A stretch of DNA of 64,000 nucleotides from Candidatus Methylomirabilis sp. (lineage in GTDB: Bacteria > Muiribacteriota > Ozemobacteria > Ozemobacterales > Ozemobacteraceae): positions 215,106 through 279,105 of the forward strand of contig DYKG01000001.1 in the NCBI GenBank assembly GCA_020722725.1, in the 5' to 3' direction. Positions 19,839 to 29,438 of this stretch are shown here, piece after piece (position 1 is the stretch's first letter; each line of letters opens with the position of its first letter). Made by a program: the position numbers and the translations under genes. The notes below the pieces were generated by a model that did not search any database, was not told the origin of the DNA, and saw only the letters and a list, made by a program, of their open reading frames with translations.

Positions 19839-21845
19839 GTGCAATCCATAGAGAAGCTTATGTCATTACAAGTTCAAAATCTCAGTAAATCATTCAGCGT
19901 CAGAAAATTGTTTTCTAACGTGACTTTTGCCGTCAACCCCGGTGATCGGGTCGCCCTGGTGGGTAGCAACGGGTCTGGCAAGACCACGATGATGAAGATA
20001 ATTCTTGGCTGGGAACACTCAGATACAGGCTCGGTCACCAGCCCGAAAGAGAGTCGTATTGGTTACCTGCCCCAGGAGATTTTCCTCGGTGAAAACACTG
20101 CCTGGGATAAAGAAAAAGAAACACTTTCACTCTGGGAACTAGTTACCCAGGCTTTTCCCCGGCTTGACGAAATCAGGGCGAAACTTGATAAAATCGAAGC
20201 AGAAATGGCATCGGGTAACGCTTCTGCCACAATTCAGGATGAATACGAACGCCTGATGCATGCCTTCGAACGAGCCGGCGGCTATTCGTGGCAGGCCAAA
20301 ACGATCAGACTGCTCAAGGGCTTTGGGTTTCCCGAAAGTCGCTTTTATGACGCACTCAAGACTTTCTCGGGCGGCTGGCAGATGCGCGCTTTCTTTGTCA
20401 GGCTGCTGCTGACCGAACCAGACTACCTGCTGCTCGACGAACCGACCAACTATCTCGATATTTCATCAATAGCCTTTCTCGAAGACTATCTTGCCAACTA
20501 TGAAGGTGGCATTCTCGTGGTTTCCCATGACCGCTATTTCCTCGATTCGCTGGCCAATTCGGTTGTGGCAATCGTTCCAGAGGGTGCCAGGGTCTTCAGA
20601 GGCAATTACTCTCAGTTTCTCGAAGCCAGAGAAGTCTGGGCCCAGGAAGCCGAAGCGGCCCAGGAACGTCAGGACCGCGAGCGAAAGCGGGTAGAGCGCT
20701 TTATCGATCGGTTTCGTTACAAAGCCAGCAAGGCTTCGCAGGTGCAAAGCCGCATTAAACAGCTTGAAAAGATGGAAACGGTCGAGCAGATTCGCTCGAT
20801 TCCCAAGCTCAATTTCAGTTTCCCAAAATGCGAAAGCAGCGGGGAAGTGGTGCTGCGTGGCCAGGAAATCAGCAAAAGCTACGGCGACCACCAGGTTCTG
20901 CGCGGTCTCGATTTTTCAATAAACCGTGGTGACCGCCTGGCAATAATCGGCGAAAACGGCGCGGGAAAAACCACTCTGATGCGTATCATCGCCGGCGAAG
21001 ACAACGCCTGGGGCGGCCAGCTCGAATTTGGTTACCGGGTTCATTTCGGCTATTTTGCCCAGGATGAAGAAATCAGCTTTGAAGGCGAAGAATCGGTATG
21101 GGATCGCATGATGCGTGATACTCCCTTTGATATGGTGCCAAACCTGCGCAGCCTGCTGGGAGCTTTTCTTTTTTCGGGCGATGACATAGAAAGGAAGGTA
21201 AAAGTGCTTTCGGGTGGCGAAAAAAGCCGACTGGGGATTGCCCGCATGATGCTTAGACCCTGTAACCTGCTTCTGCTTGATGAACCAACCAACCATCTCG
21301 ACCTTAACAGTCGCGAAGCTTTGCTCAACGCTCTCGACGATTTCCCCGGTACCATTATTATCGTTTCGCATGACCGTTTTTTTCTCGACAGCCTCGCAAC
21401 TAGAGTGCTGGCCATTGAAAACGGTCGAGCCGGCATGTATGAGGGCAACTACAGTCAGTATCTCTGGTCGCGCAAATTTTATCAGGGCGAAACTGCCGAA
21501 GCTGAAAATTCTTCGACGACGCAAAACGTTTCTGATAAAAAGCAGCAGGCCCGCGAAACGGTAAAACTGCAGAAACAGATCAGTAACAAAATCCAGCGAC
21601 TAAAACGTGATATTGTTGAAAACGAAAGTGAAATTTCGGTTTTCGAAAGCGAAATTGCGCAGATTGAAGAGATTCTTGCCTGTCCGCCCACCGATTTCGA
21701 TGCGGCAAGAATCGCAGAAATTTCATTGAGGCATTCAGATTTAAATGAAAATTTAAATCATGCATTGGAAAACTGGGAAACTCTTCATAATGAGTTGAGC
21801 CAGAACGAGGCGGAACTCGAACGACTCAGGGAGGTTAGCTGCTGA
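19839..21845 (+). CDS. ABC-F family ATPase (two tandem ABC domains, no transmembrane domain; EttA/Uup-like translation factor)
   Basis: Two Walker A motifs (GSNGSGKTT and GENGAGKTT), two ABC signatures (FSGGWQMR and LSGGEKSRL), an inter-domain linker and a C-terminal coiled coil. Confidence 0.9.
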   Translation: MQSIEKLMSLQVQNLSKSFSVRKLFSNVTFAVNPGDRVALVGSNGSGKTTMMKIILGWEHSDTGSVTSPKESRIGYLPQEIFLGENTAWDKEKETLSLWELVTQAFPRLDEIRAKLDKIEAEMASGNASATIQDEYERLMHAFERAGGYSWQAKTIRLLKGFGFPESRFYDALKTFSGGWQMRAFFVRLLLTEPDYLLLDEPTNYLDISSIAFLEDYLANYEGGILVVSHDRYFLDSLANSVVAIVPEGARVFRGNYSQFLEAREVWAQEAEAAQERQDRERKRVERFIDRFRYKASKASQVQSRIKQLEKMETVEQIRSIPKLNFSFPKCESSGEVVLRGQEISKSYGDHQVLRGLDFSINRGDRLAIIGENGAGKTTLMRIIAGEDNAWGGQLEFGYRVHFGYFAQDEEISFEGEESVWDRMMRDTPFDMVPNLRSLLGAFLFSGDDIERKVKVLSGGEKSRLGIARMMLRPCNLLLLDEPTNHLDLNSREALLNALDDFPGTIIIVSHDRFFLDSLATRVLAIENGRAGMYEGNYSQYLWSRKFYQGETAEAENSSTTQNVSDKKQQARETVKLQKQISNKIQRLKRDIVENESEISVFESEIAQIEEILACPPTDFDAARIAEISLRHSDLNENLNHALENWETLHNELSQNEAELERLREVSC

Positions 21846-22160
21846 ATGGCCGATCAGGAAAATAACCCGCAACGCGGGATCATGGAAAAAACCAGGCATA
21901 AAACCACTAAACCGCCGATGTATAAGGTTTATCTGCTCAATGATGATTATACCACCATGGAATTTGTGGTTGAGGTGCTCGAACGGGTGTTCGGCAAGGG
22001 AAAAGTTGAGGCGACCCGGATAATGCTGCACGTTCACCGCAACGGCAAAGGTCTGGCCGGTGTTTACGCCCGAGACATCGCTGAAACGAAAATTTCCCAG
22101 GTTCACAATCTTGCCCGCGACAACGGGTTTCCGCTCAAATGCGATATGGAGAAAGAATGA
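21846..22160 (+). CDS. clpS: ATP-dependent Clp protease adaptor ClpS
   Basis: 104 aa. [24 protein letters not shown] is the ClpS core. Confidence 0.9.
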   Translation: MADQENNPQRGIMEKTRHKTTKPPMYKVYLLNDDYTTMEFVVEVLERVFGKGKVEATRIMLHVHRNGKGLAGVYARDIAETKISQVHNLARDNGFPLKCDMEKE

Positions 22161-24424
22161 TCAGCAAAGATTTGGATATAATACTTCAGGCCGTCATTGA
22201 AGAAGCTTCGAAACGGCGCCACGAATACCTTACCGTTGAGCATCTGCTCTATGGCATCGCTTTTGACCAGATTGGCATCAAAATTCTCAAAGCCTGTGAC
22301 TGCAACATTGAAGAGCTGCGCCACGACCTCGAAGACTATTTCGAGAAAGGCATACCGAGAATTGCGGCAAATCTTAACGTTGAGCCGGTGCCAACCCTTG
22401 GCTTTCAGCGGGTTTTTCAGCGCATGATCGTTCAGGCACAGGCTTCTGAAAAAAAAGAAGCTACCGCCGGCGACCTGCTCGCCGCCATTTTCACCGAAAA
22501 AGACGCCCACGCCGTGTTTTTTCTGCAGAAGCAGAAAGTCAGTCAGCTCGATGTGCTTAATTTCATTTCCCACGGCATTGTCAAAGCCAGGGAAGAGGGT
22601 GATGAAGGCTATTCTGAAGCTGATGCCCCTGAAGCTGGTGATGCCGCCGAAACTGAAGGCGTAAAAGATCCGTTGCGCCACTTCGCCGAATGCCTTAACG
22701 ATAAGGCGGCCCGTGGGTCTATCGACCCACTGATCGGCAGGCGCAGCGAAGTTTCGCGTGCGGTTGTAATTCTTAACCGGCGCAAAAAAAACAACATTAT
22801 TTTTGTCGGTGAGCCTGGTGTCGGCAAAACCGCATTGGTAGAGGGTATTGCTTTGCGCATTCACAACGGAGAAGTGCCTGCAACTCTTAAAGATACCAAA
22901 ATCTATTCGCTGGATATGGGTGCACTGCTTGCCGGAACCCGCTATCGCGGCGATTTCGAAGCCAGGCTGAAAGCGACAATCAAGAGCCTTGAAAAGATTC
23001 CCAATGTGGTTTTGTTTATCGATGAAATTCATACAATCATTGGAGCAGGTGCGGTAAGTGGCGGAGCGCTGGACGCAGCCAACATTCTCAAGCCAGCCCT
23101 GGGGTCGGGCAAGTTTCGCTGTATTGGCACCACCACTTTTGAAGAATACAAAAGCTTCGATAAAGACCGGGCATTTTCAAGGCGCTTTCAGAAAATCGAC
23201 CTGTACGAACCGACGGTTGCCGAAACCCGGAAAATTCTTCTTGGTCTGCGCCCGGTTTACGAAAAATTTCATGGAGTTAAATACAGCAAAGGGGCGATTA
23301 AAGCCGCTGCCGAGCTCTCGGCAAAATACATTCAGGAGCATTTTCTGCCCGATAAAGCCATTGATGTGCTTGATGAGTCGGCCACCATTCTGAAACTTTC
23401 ACCGCGTTTCAAAAAGCGCCAGTGCGTGGTTACCGCCGACATTGAAAAAGCCGTGGCGCGCATTGCCCAAATTCCGCCCAAGCGCATTTCCACTTCTGAT
23501 CTGGAAAAACTGCAGAACCTTCAGTCTGAGCTGCAGAAGGTGATTTTCGGCCAGGATCAGGCAATTGAAGCCATGGTCAGAGCGATCAAGATTTCACGGG
23601 CAGGCATGACCAGCCATACCCGGCCCATCGGCTCGTTTCTCTTCACTGGCCCGACCGGGGTTGGAAAAACTGAAGTGGCAAAACAGCTGGCCCTGCAACT
23701 GGGGGTTAACTTCCTGCGCTTCGACATGAGTGAATACATGGAAAAGCATTCAGTGGCCCGGTTCATTGGCGCGCCTCCGGGTTATATTGGTTATGAGCGG
23801 GGTGGAGCATTGACCGATTCGATTCGCAAGCATCCATACTCGGTGCTGCTGCTCGATGAAATTGAAAAAGCCCACGAAGACGTTTTCAACATTCTTCTGC
23901 AGATCATGGATTATGCGACGCTTACCGACAATACGGGCAAAAAGGCCGATTTCCGCAATGTCATTGTCATTATGACCTCGAATGCCGGGGCTCGCGAAAT
24001 GGCAAAAGGCTCGATCGGCTTTTCCCACAATGACAAAGACGTTGAGTGGAGGGGCAAAGCAGCAATTGAGAAGCTTTTCTCTCCAGAATTCCGCAACCGC
24101 CTCGACGGCATTATTTCCTTTCAGGCTCTAACTGAATCGATCATGGAAATGGTGGTCGATAAGTTTATCGGTGAGCTCAATCAGCAGCTGCTTGAGCGCG
24201 AAGTCGAGCTCAGACTTGATGCAGGCGGGCGACACTGGCTGGCTGAAAAAGGCTACGACGCCGCGCATGGTGCCAGGCCCCTTGCCCGGGTTATTCAGAA
24301 GGAAATCAAAGATGCGCTGGCCGAAGAAATTCTTTTTGGCAAGCTTAAGCATGGCGGCCATGTCGAAATTGGCGCTGATGCCAAAGGTCTGACTTTCAAC
24401 GTCGTTGCAAAAATTTTAAATTAA
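22157..24424 (+). CDS. clpA: ATP-dependent Clp protease ATP-binding subunit ClpA
   Basis: The start overlaps the clpS stop (ATGA). There are two AAA+ modules (GEPGVGKT and GPTGVGKT), and a ClpA-type N-domain without the ClpB middle domain. Confidence 0.9.
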   Translation: MISKDLDIILQAVIEEASKRRHEYLTVEHLLYGIAFDQIGIKILKACDCNIEELRHDLEDYFEKGIPRIAANLNVEPVPTLGFQRVFQRMIVQAQASEKKEATAGDLLAAIFTEKDAHAVFFLQKQKVSQLDVLNFISHGIVKAREEGDEGYSEADAPEAGDAAETEGVKDPLRHFAECLNDKAARGSIDPLIGRRSEVSRAVVILNRRKKNNIIFVGEPGVGKTALVEGIALRIHNGEVPATLKDTKIYSLDMGALLAGTRYRGDFEARLKATIKSLEKIPNVVLFIDEIHTIIGAGAVSGGALDAANILKPALGSGKFRCIGTTTFEEYKSFDKDRAFSRRFQKIDLYEPTVAETRKILLGLRPVYEKFHGVKYSKGAIKAAAELSAKYIQEHFLPDKAIDVLDESATILKLSPRFKKRQCVVTADIEKAVARIAQIPPKRISTSDLEKLQNLQSELQKVIFGQDQAIEAMVRAIKISRAGMTSHTRPIGSFLFTGPTGVGKTEVAKQLALQLGVNFLRFDMSEYMEKHSVARFIGAPPGYIGYERGGALTDSIRKHPYSVLLLDEIEKAHEDVFNILLQIMDYATLTDNTGKKADFRNVIVIMTSNAGAREMAKGSIGFSHNDKDVEWRGKAAIEKLFSPEFRNRLDGIISFQALTESIMEMVVDKFIGELNQQLLEREVELRLDAGGRHWLAEKGYDAAHGARPLARVIQKEIKDALAEEILFGKLKHGGHVEIGADAKGLTFNVVAKILN

Positions 24425-24638
24425 TTGTTATCAATTCTTTAATACCTGCCGATGAGACACGCGGCGTATCATACAAATCACAGAAAATATACTCGCAGGG
24501 GCCGACCTCCGTGTCGGCCAGCTTCAGACAGTAGTAATAAGTGCGAATTTAATGCGATTGGTATCATACGCTGTAAAATGTTCGTCGGATAAAGGTAGCG
24601 GTGCTGCCGGCTTCTGACGGGCTAAAAAGGAGCTGGGT

Positions 24639-25925
24639 ATGAAAAGAAATACCGCAATAGTCGCATTGGCAGCCTGGCTGTTAACGGCCCCGGTCTGGGC
24701 TCAGCAGGGCTATGCCGCTCGGCAGTTGAAGCAGAATGGTTTCAGCGCCGGAATGCAGCAGGCTCTGACGCGAAGCGCCGACCCATACCGCGAAACCGTT
24801 GACGCCCCCGAATACTACGGGCAAAGTCAGGTTCTGCCGCCAATTACCGTTCCAGCAAACGGCAGTGGGCCATCACCGCAGATGAGCCTGCCGCCGATAA
24901 CCGGAAGCATTGATACTACATGTGATTCTGGCTTGACCTCTCAGGTTGCTGCGCCGATTCAAAGGCCTTCTCCGGCTCCGGTAGTCAAAAGCGGTGCCCG
25001 TCGGGCAACCGGCGGCAGCGAAATATATTCGCAGGAACCGCTGAATCTGCCACCGGTGACCACTTTGCCGGTTCCGTCAAGAACTGCTCTGCCGCCGATT
25101 TCTGATGACACCATGATGATGGTGCCGCTCGAAGAAGCGGTTAGCCGGGTACTTGCCTGTAACTTCAGAGGTTTCACCGGTCTGATTCATACTACTTCGG
25201 CTGATGTGAGCAAAGCCGGTTCATTCAAGATGGGCTTTCATTCAAGCTGGTTTCCGCTTGACCGCGTCTATGACAGGGTTCTGGCCAGCGGCGAAAGTGG
25301 CGACATGCTCGAACTGCCGATTTTCTTCAACTATTCGGTGACCGATGATCTTGAAATTATTTACACCATTCCGGTAATCGATTACTCGATCAAGTCAAGA
25401 ATTCTTTGGACTCGTGACATCTCTGAATCGGGTGCCGGCGATTCGCATCTCGGTTTCAAATACCGAATTTTTGATAATCCCAAATATCAGATGCGCGGAG
25501 CGTTTGGACTTGATTTCAAATTCCCCACCGGAAACGACGACAAAGGTCTGGGCACAGGCAAAACCGACTTCGAAATTTTTACTGCCTTCAGCAAGAATTT
25601 CGAAAAGATTGTGGCACATCTGAACCTCGGATATGTTATGACCGGCGATCCCAACACCCAGTTTTACCCCGATGGACTTGCCGATAAGTTTTATTACAAC
25701 ATCGGCATCGAATACCCGCATACTCACAACGTGACGGTTATGGCCGAAGTTAACGGTGAAGACTGGGGTGCCGAAGGCATGAAGGTCGATGTTACCCCGG
25801 GTCTGCGCTACACTCCCACCGAAAACTTTGCTCTCGAAGTAGGCGTGCCGATCGCCGTGACCAACGATCAGCGCTACGGCTACAATTACCGTCTGGTAAT
25901 CGGCCTGACCACTTTCTTTCAGTAA
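24639..25925 (+). CDS. Putative outer-membrane beta-barrel protein with Pro-rich N-terminal repeat region
   Basis: Signal peptide MKRNTAIVALAAWLLTAPVWAQQ. LPP[IV][TS] repeats occur in the first 170 aa. The C-terminal ~250 aa alternate hydrophobic and polar residues and end in an aromatic-rich strand (GLTTFFQ). Confidence 0.4.
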   Translation: MKRNTAIVALAAWLLTAPVWAQQGYAARQLKQNGFSAGMQQALTRSADPYRETVDAPEYYGQSQVLPPITVPANGSGPSPQMSLPPITGSIDTTCDSGLTSQVAAPIQRPSPAPVVKSGARRATGGSEIYSQEPLNLPPVTTLPVPSRTALPPISDDTMMMVPLEEAVSRVLACNFRGFTGLIHTTSADVSKAGSFKMGFHSSWFPLDRVYDRVLASGESGDMLELPIFFNYSVTDDLEIIYTIPVIDYSIKSRILWTRDISESGAGDSHLGFKYRIFDNPKYQMRGAFGLDFKFPTGNDDKGLGTGKTDFEIFTAFSKNFEKIVAHLNLGYVMTGDPNTQFYPDGLADKFYYNIGIEYPHTHNVTVMAEVNGEDWGAEGMKVDVTPGLRYTPTENFALEVGVPIAVTNDQRYGYNYRLVIGLTTFFQ

Positions 25926-25953
25926 ACCAACCCGCGACTGTTGCTTTACCGAA

Positions 25954-25995
25954 GCAGTTTCGCCGCATTCAAGGCTGCGAAGCTGCTTTTTTATT
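25954..25995 (+). terminator. Rho-independent terminator
   Basis: GCAGtTTCGCcGC ... GCtGCGAAgCTGC imperfect stem followed by TTTTTTATT. Confidence 0.5.
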
Positions 25996-26172
25996 CTCTC
26001 TGAATTCTGGTTTGATTAAGAGAGCTTCTGGGCGGTTTGCCCGAAGTAACCGGCTGGAATGAACCGGTTTTGCCGGCAACGGTGCCAGCCGGCTTCAGAA
26101 AGCTGTGATGCGTGGTATTAAATGTTATTGGTATTATAGATATTTTACGACTCGGAAAAGAATGGAAGTTGG

Positions 26173-27708
26173 TCAGGAGATTCTATCCCTGTTGTCAGCG
26201 ACCATCTGTGCCTGGGTCATTTTTCTTATTTCGCCGCGATATTCATTGATTTGAGCTTTATCGAACCCTCTGCTTTCTAGAAAAGCGATTTCCCAGAGGT
26301 TGTAGTCCTGGTGAACTGGCATCGTGGCAGATCTCAGATAAATCTGGTTCATTTGTGCTGAGGCTTCTTTCCAGTCCATGGTTGAATGAGACCACAGAAG
26401 TCCGTTGCCCTTTAGAGAATATTTTTCAGCGTCTCTGGCAATGGGCGTATGGTGCAGATAATAAAACAGCTGCATGAAATAATAATCAAGGCCTGCATTT
26501 TCGATGAATTCTTCAGTTAAAGCCAGGGTTTCCTGAGTTTCTCCCGGAAATCCAATCACGAAAGAACCGACCGTAGTGATTCCGGCGTTTTTAAGCCATT
26601 TTATCCCACGGCGATAATGCTCTACCGAAGCTCCTTTACCAATATTTTCCAGAATCTGGTCTGCGCCGCTCTCAATTCCAAGAAAAACCCCGCAGCAACC
26701 ACTAAGACGCATCTTTTCAACGATTACCTCATCGATGAATTGGCAACGCAAAAAAGAATACCAGGGAATCTTAATTTCAAGCTGAATCATTCGGTCGAGA
26801 AGGCTGGCAAAACGGTTCTGTGGAACATTAAAAGTATCATCGGAAAAAATAACCGACTTTACCCCGATGCTTTGTGCCTGTTTGAGCATGATTATGACAT
26901 TTTCAATATCCATAAGTTCGCGTTTTCCCCAGATAACCGGATAAGAGCAGAAAGCGCATTTGAAGCTGCATCCTCTTCCTGAGTGCAGATGAATAACCGA
27001 ACCTTCAGGAATTCCGCGCAGATCGACGGGGGCATCGATATCGTTATTCTCTGGAACCCGGCTGGTTTCAAGTATTTCGCCACTATCGTTTTTATACAGT
27101 AGGTTTGGAACTGATTCTATCTTATCCGGGAATTGCTTTATAAGCTGCAGAAGGCTTTCCTGCCCCTGAGCATCGTTAATAAAAGCATTAAGTGAAGTTG
27201 CTTTGAGGTAAGAACGCTTCTGTTTTTCATTCATGTGCAGTAGCGTAGTAAAAATATGTTGTCCGCCTGCAACGATAAAGATATCGGGGAATTCATGCCG
27301 AAGAAGTCTGGCCGCCTGATTGAGCTGCGCCGGCGATAGAATGAAGGTGGTGCCCAGACAAATCATTTCTGGGGCAAAGTCTTTGATTTGTTCAAATCTT
27401 TTTTTGATGTTGCACTCATCGATGTGGTTGATCAGCAAAACCTCAATTCCCGATTTTTCAAGATGGCTTTTAACGACCAGAGGTCCATTCAAAAACATTT
27501 CCCAGACGCTGAAACAATCATCAGAAGGAAGCTGCATGCGCATTTTCAACCATTCAAGATGGCCGATCATCGATCCGTCCTGTTGAAGAACACGGTTGAA
27601 GTTGTAGCCCCAACGCTCAGATTGGGTAGGGAAAATTTTGCCCGGAACCGTTATGATATGCCCGATCAGAGCAACTCTGGGCTGGCGTTTGCTGATCACG
27701 CGTTGCAT
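26173..27708 (-). CDS. B12-binding domain-containing radical SAM protein (class B)
   Basis: CxxxCxxC cluster (GCSFKCAFCSYP) in the central radical SAM domain, with an N-terminal Rossmann-like B12-binding region. It overlaps the upstream carrier-protein gene by 13 nt. Confidence 0.8.
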   Translation of the reverse strand: MQRVISKRQPRVALIGHIITVPGKIFPTQSERWGYNFNRVLQQDGSMIGHLEWLKMRMQLPSDDCFSVWEMFLNGPLVVKSHLEKSGIEVLLINHIDECNIKKRFEQIKDFAPEMICLGTTFILSPAQLNQAARLLRHEFPDIFIVAGGQHIFTTLLHMNEKQKRSYLKATSLNAFINDAQGQESLLQLIKQFPDKIESVPNLLYKNDSGEILETSRVPENNDIDAPVDLRGIPEGSVIHLHSGRGCSFKCAFCSYPVIWGKRELMDIENVIIMLKQAQSIGVKSVIFSDDTFNVPQNRFASLLDRMIQLEIKIPWYSFLRCQFIDEVIVEKMRLSGCCGVFLGIESGADQILENIGKGASVEHYRRGIKWLKNAGITTVGSFVIGFPGETQETLALTEEFIENAGLDYYFMQLFYYLHHTPIARDAEKYSLKGNGLLWSHSTMDWKEASAQMNQIYLRSATMPVHQDYNLWEIAFLESRGFDKAQINEYRGEIRKMTQAQMVADNRDRIS

Positions 27709-27944
27709 TCGCTTTCCACCAGGCTGGAAATGCTTTCTACTGAATCAAAGTTTTCCTGGTTGAAAAGATCTTCGGAGACATCGTAATTGAACTCGCGCTC
27801 AAGAAAGCCAACGATTTCAAGAACGTTTAAAGAGTCGATTCTGCCAACCAGTAGTAGCGAATCATCATCGCTGAATGGCTCTGAATCGCCCTTTCTTTGA
27901 AGTATTGAAGCAATGAATTTTCTTATTTTTTCATGTTTTTCCAT
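27696..27944 (-). CDS. Acyl/peptidyl carrier protein-like (DltC-like) protein
   Basis: 82 aa with an acidic, four-helix-sized sequence. It has a DSL phosphopantetheine-attachment motif (GRIDSLNVLEIVGFLE). Confidence 0.6.
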   Translation of the reverse strand: MEKHEKIRKFIASILQRKGDSEPFSDDDSLLLVGRIDSLNVLEIVGFLEREFNYDVSEDLFNQENFDSVESISSLVESECNA

Positions 27945-27947
27945 GGA

Positions 27948-29438
27948 TTACCTCGAATAAGGAACGAACAAATGTAACATAAAGGTCGCATAATCAGCAA
28001 TGGTTCGAGAGCGAATCGGGTCATCGAGAACCATTATCAGGCAATAGAACAATAATACCAGCAAAGTGGACATGACGCTTCGTTTTCTGTATGGGGAATT
28101 CATTGAGCGTATCTGCGAAATCCCAATCGATATGCCAAGAATCAAGGAATAGAGAAGGTAAACCCGAAAGCCCACCAATGCCTTCCAGAAACCCAATTCA
28201 ATAATCAGATCGATGTCGCGAAGGAAATGAAAAAGTGCATTGCCAAAGCCTGCTGCGGCAACGGTTGCAAAAAATACACGAAATCTGGGGTAATTTTTGA
28301 AAAACCTGAAATAGGCCGGGTAAAAGAAGAAATCGACGAGCAATTCTTTGAAGTAGTAGTACAGACGGTTATAAAACTCAGCGATAGTTTTTGCATACAA
28401 TGGCTTGTAAGTGTTTCTCAGGGCATTAAACCCCGCCATGCGGCAGGTTGCAATAATTATGCCGCCGTTGCTGGAAATCGCAAAAATCTTGTCAATGAAA
28501 TTGAAAATGAGCACAAGCCAACAGACATGCTGAGGAAAAGGCCTTCCTGCAATAGAGGCCTGAATTGCCATTTCCAGGCTTGGAATCGCGGGGAAATGAG
28601 CCAGAAATGGTTCGAGAAAACCCACGTCTCCGAATGCCACCTGCCGGAATATCATGTGTGCGAAAAGTAAAAACATTGACCAGAAAATCAATTTTAGCCC
28701 TTTAATCTGGGCGATTGCCAATTCGTAAGAAGTCTTCGCTTCAATTTTTCTGAGGTAAGCTTCACCTTTCGGGTAAGGAACATTTGAACTACCCCAGAAA
28801 GGCTGAAAATGAAAGATTTCGGTCAGCGAGAATGGCTTTGTCGCCCGGGATTTGTCGGTTAGTGAATATGCGATGAACCACAGATATTTTCCGGAAATGA
28901 TCAGGAAAAGCCAGATAAACCATGACAAATGGGTTGGTAAAGAAGCATGAGAGGCAAGCAGAAGGGAGCCAATGTAAAAAATCAGCAGGTTGCGTACTGG
29001 CCTGCGGAAAAACCAGTGTTCAGGAAATCGGCGCGCCAGATAAATCAAAAGGCTTGTCAGAAAAAAAAATGCCGCGAGACATGCCAATTTATAATATGAG
29101 TCGCCAGACATCGGAAGATGCCTGGAAAACCAGGTAAAATCCCTTTCGAAACAGGGGAATCTGATTGCCCAGAAGAGAGATGTCAGGGCGATGAGAGGCC
29201 TGCGGTAATCAGGCAGAAGCGTAATCATTGATAAAGCAACGAAAAGCTCGACAAACCTTTCTGTGTACAGACACGACATGGTGGAAAAAATTATTACAAA
29301 TATTATTTTCCCAAAGGTGGTCTGGCCAAATTTAAGAAGCGTGGGAATCGTTTCAAGGCGCGGAAGGTTCAGACTTGTCACTGTTTGGGCTCCTTTCTGA
29401 AAGAAGCTTGACAAGAGCTTTTCTGTCGATTTTTCCAT
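27948..29438 (-). CDS. MBOAT-like polytopic membrane protein (DltB/AlgI-like, tentative); start codon uncertain
   Basis: About 10-12 transmembrane helices. The segment EFYNRLYYYFKELLVDFFFYPAYF follows the MBOAT core pattern (FWRRWHxSLSxWLRDYLYIP), but the invariant His is replaced by Tyr. The annotated ORF overlaps the ligase gene by 86 nt, so the true start is probably internal. Confidence 0.4.
   Translation of the reverse strand: MEKSTEKLLSSFFQKGAQTVTSLNLPRLETIPTLLKFGQTTFGKIIFVIIFSTMSCLYTERFVELFVALSMITLLPDYRRPLIALTSLFWAIRFPCFERDFTWFSRHLPMSGDSYYKLACLAAFFFLTSLLIYLARRFPEHWFFRRPVRNLLIFYIGSLLLASHASLPTHLSWFIWLFLIISGKYLWFIAYSLTDKSRATKPFSLTEIFHFQPFWGSSNVPYPKGEAYLRKIEAKTSYELAIAQIKGLKLIFWSMFLLFAHMIFRQVAFGDVGFLEPFLAHFPAIPSLEMAIQASIAGRPFPQHVCWLVLIFNFIDKIFAISSNGGIIIATCRMAGFNALRNTYKPLYAKTIAEFYNRLYYYFKELLVDFFFYPAYFRFFKNYPRFRVFFATVAAAGFGNALFHFLRDIDLIIELGFWKALVGFRVYLLYSLILGISIGISQIRSMNSPYRKRSVMSTLLVLLFYCLIMVLDDPIRSRTIADYATFMLHLFVPYSR

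Noticed and set aside
24497-24516. GGCCGAC...GTCGGCC hairpin as a clpA terminator
   Set aside because: No T-tract follows it on either strand. I treated it as a possible regulatory or RNA structure only.
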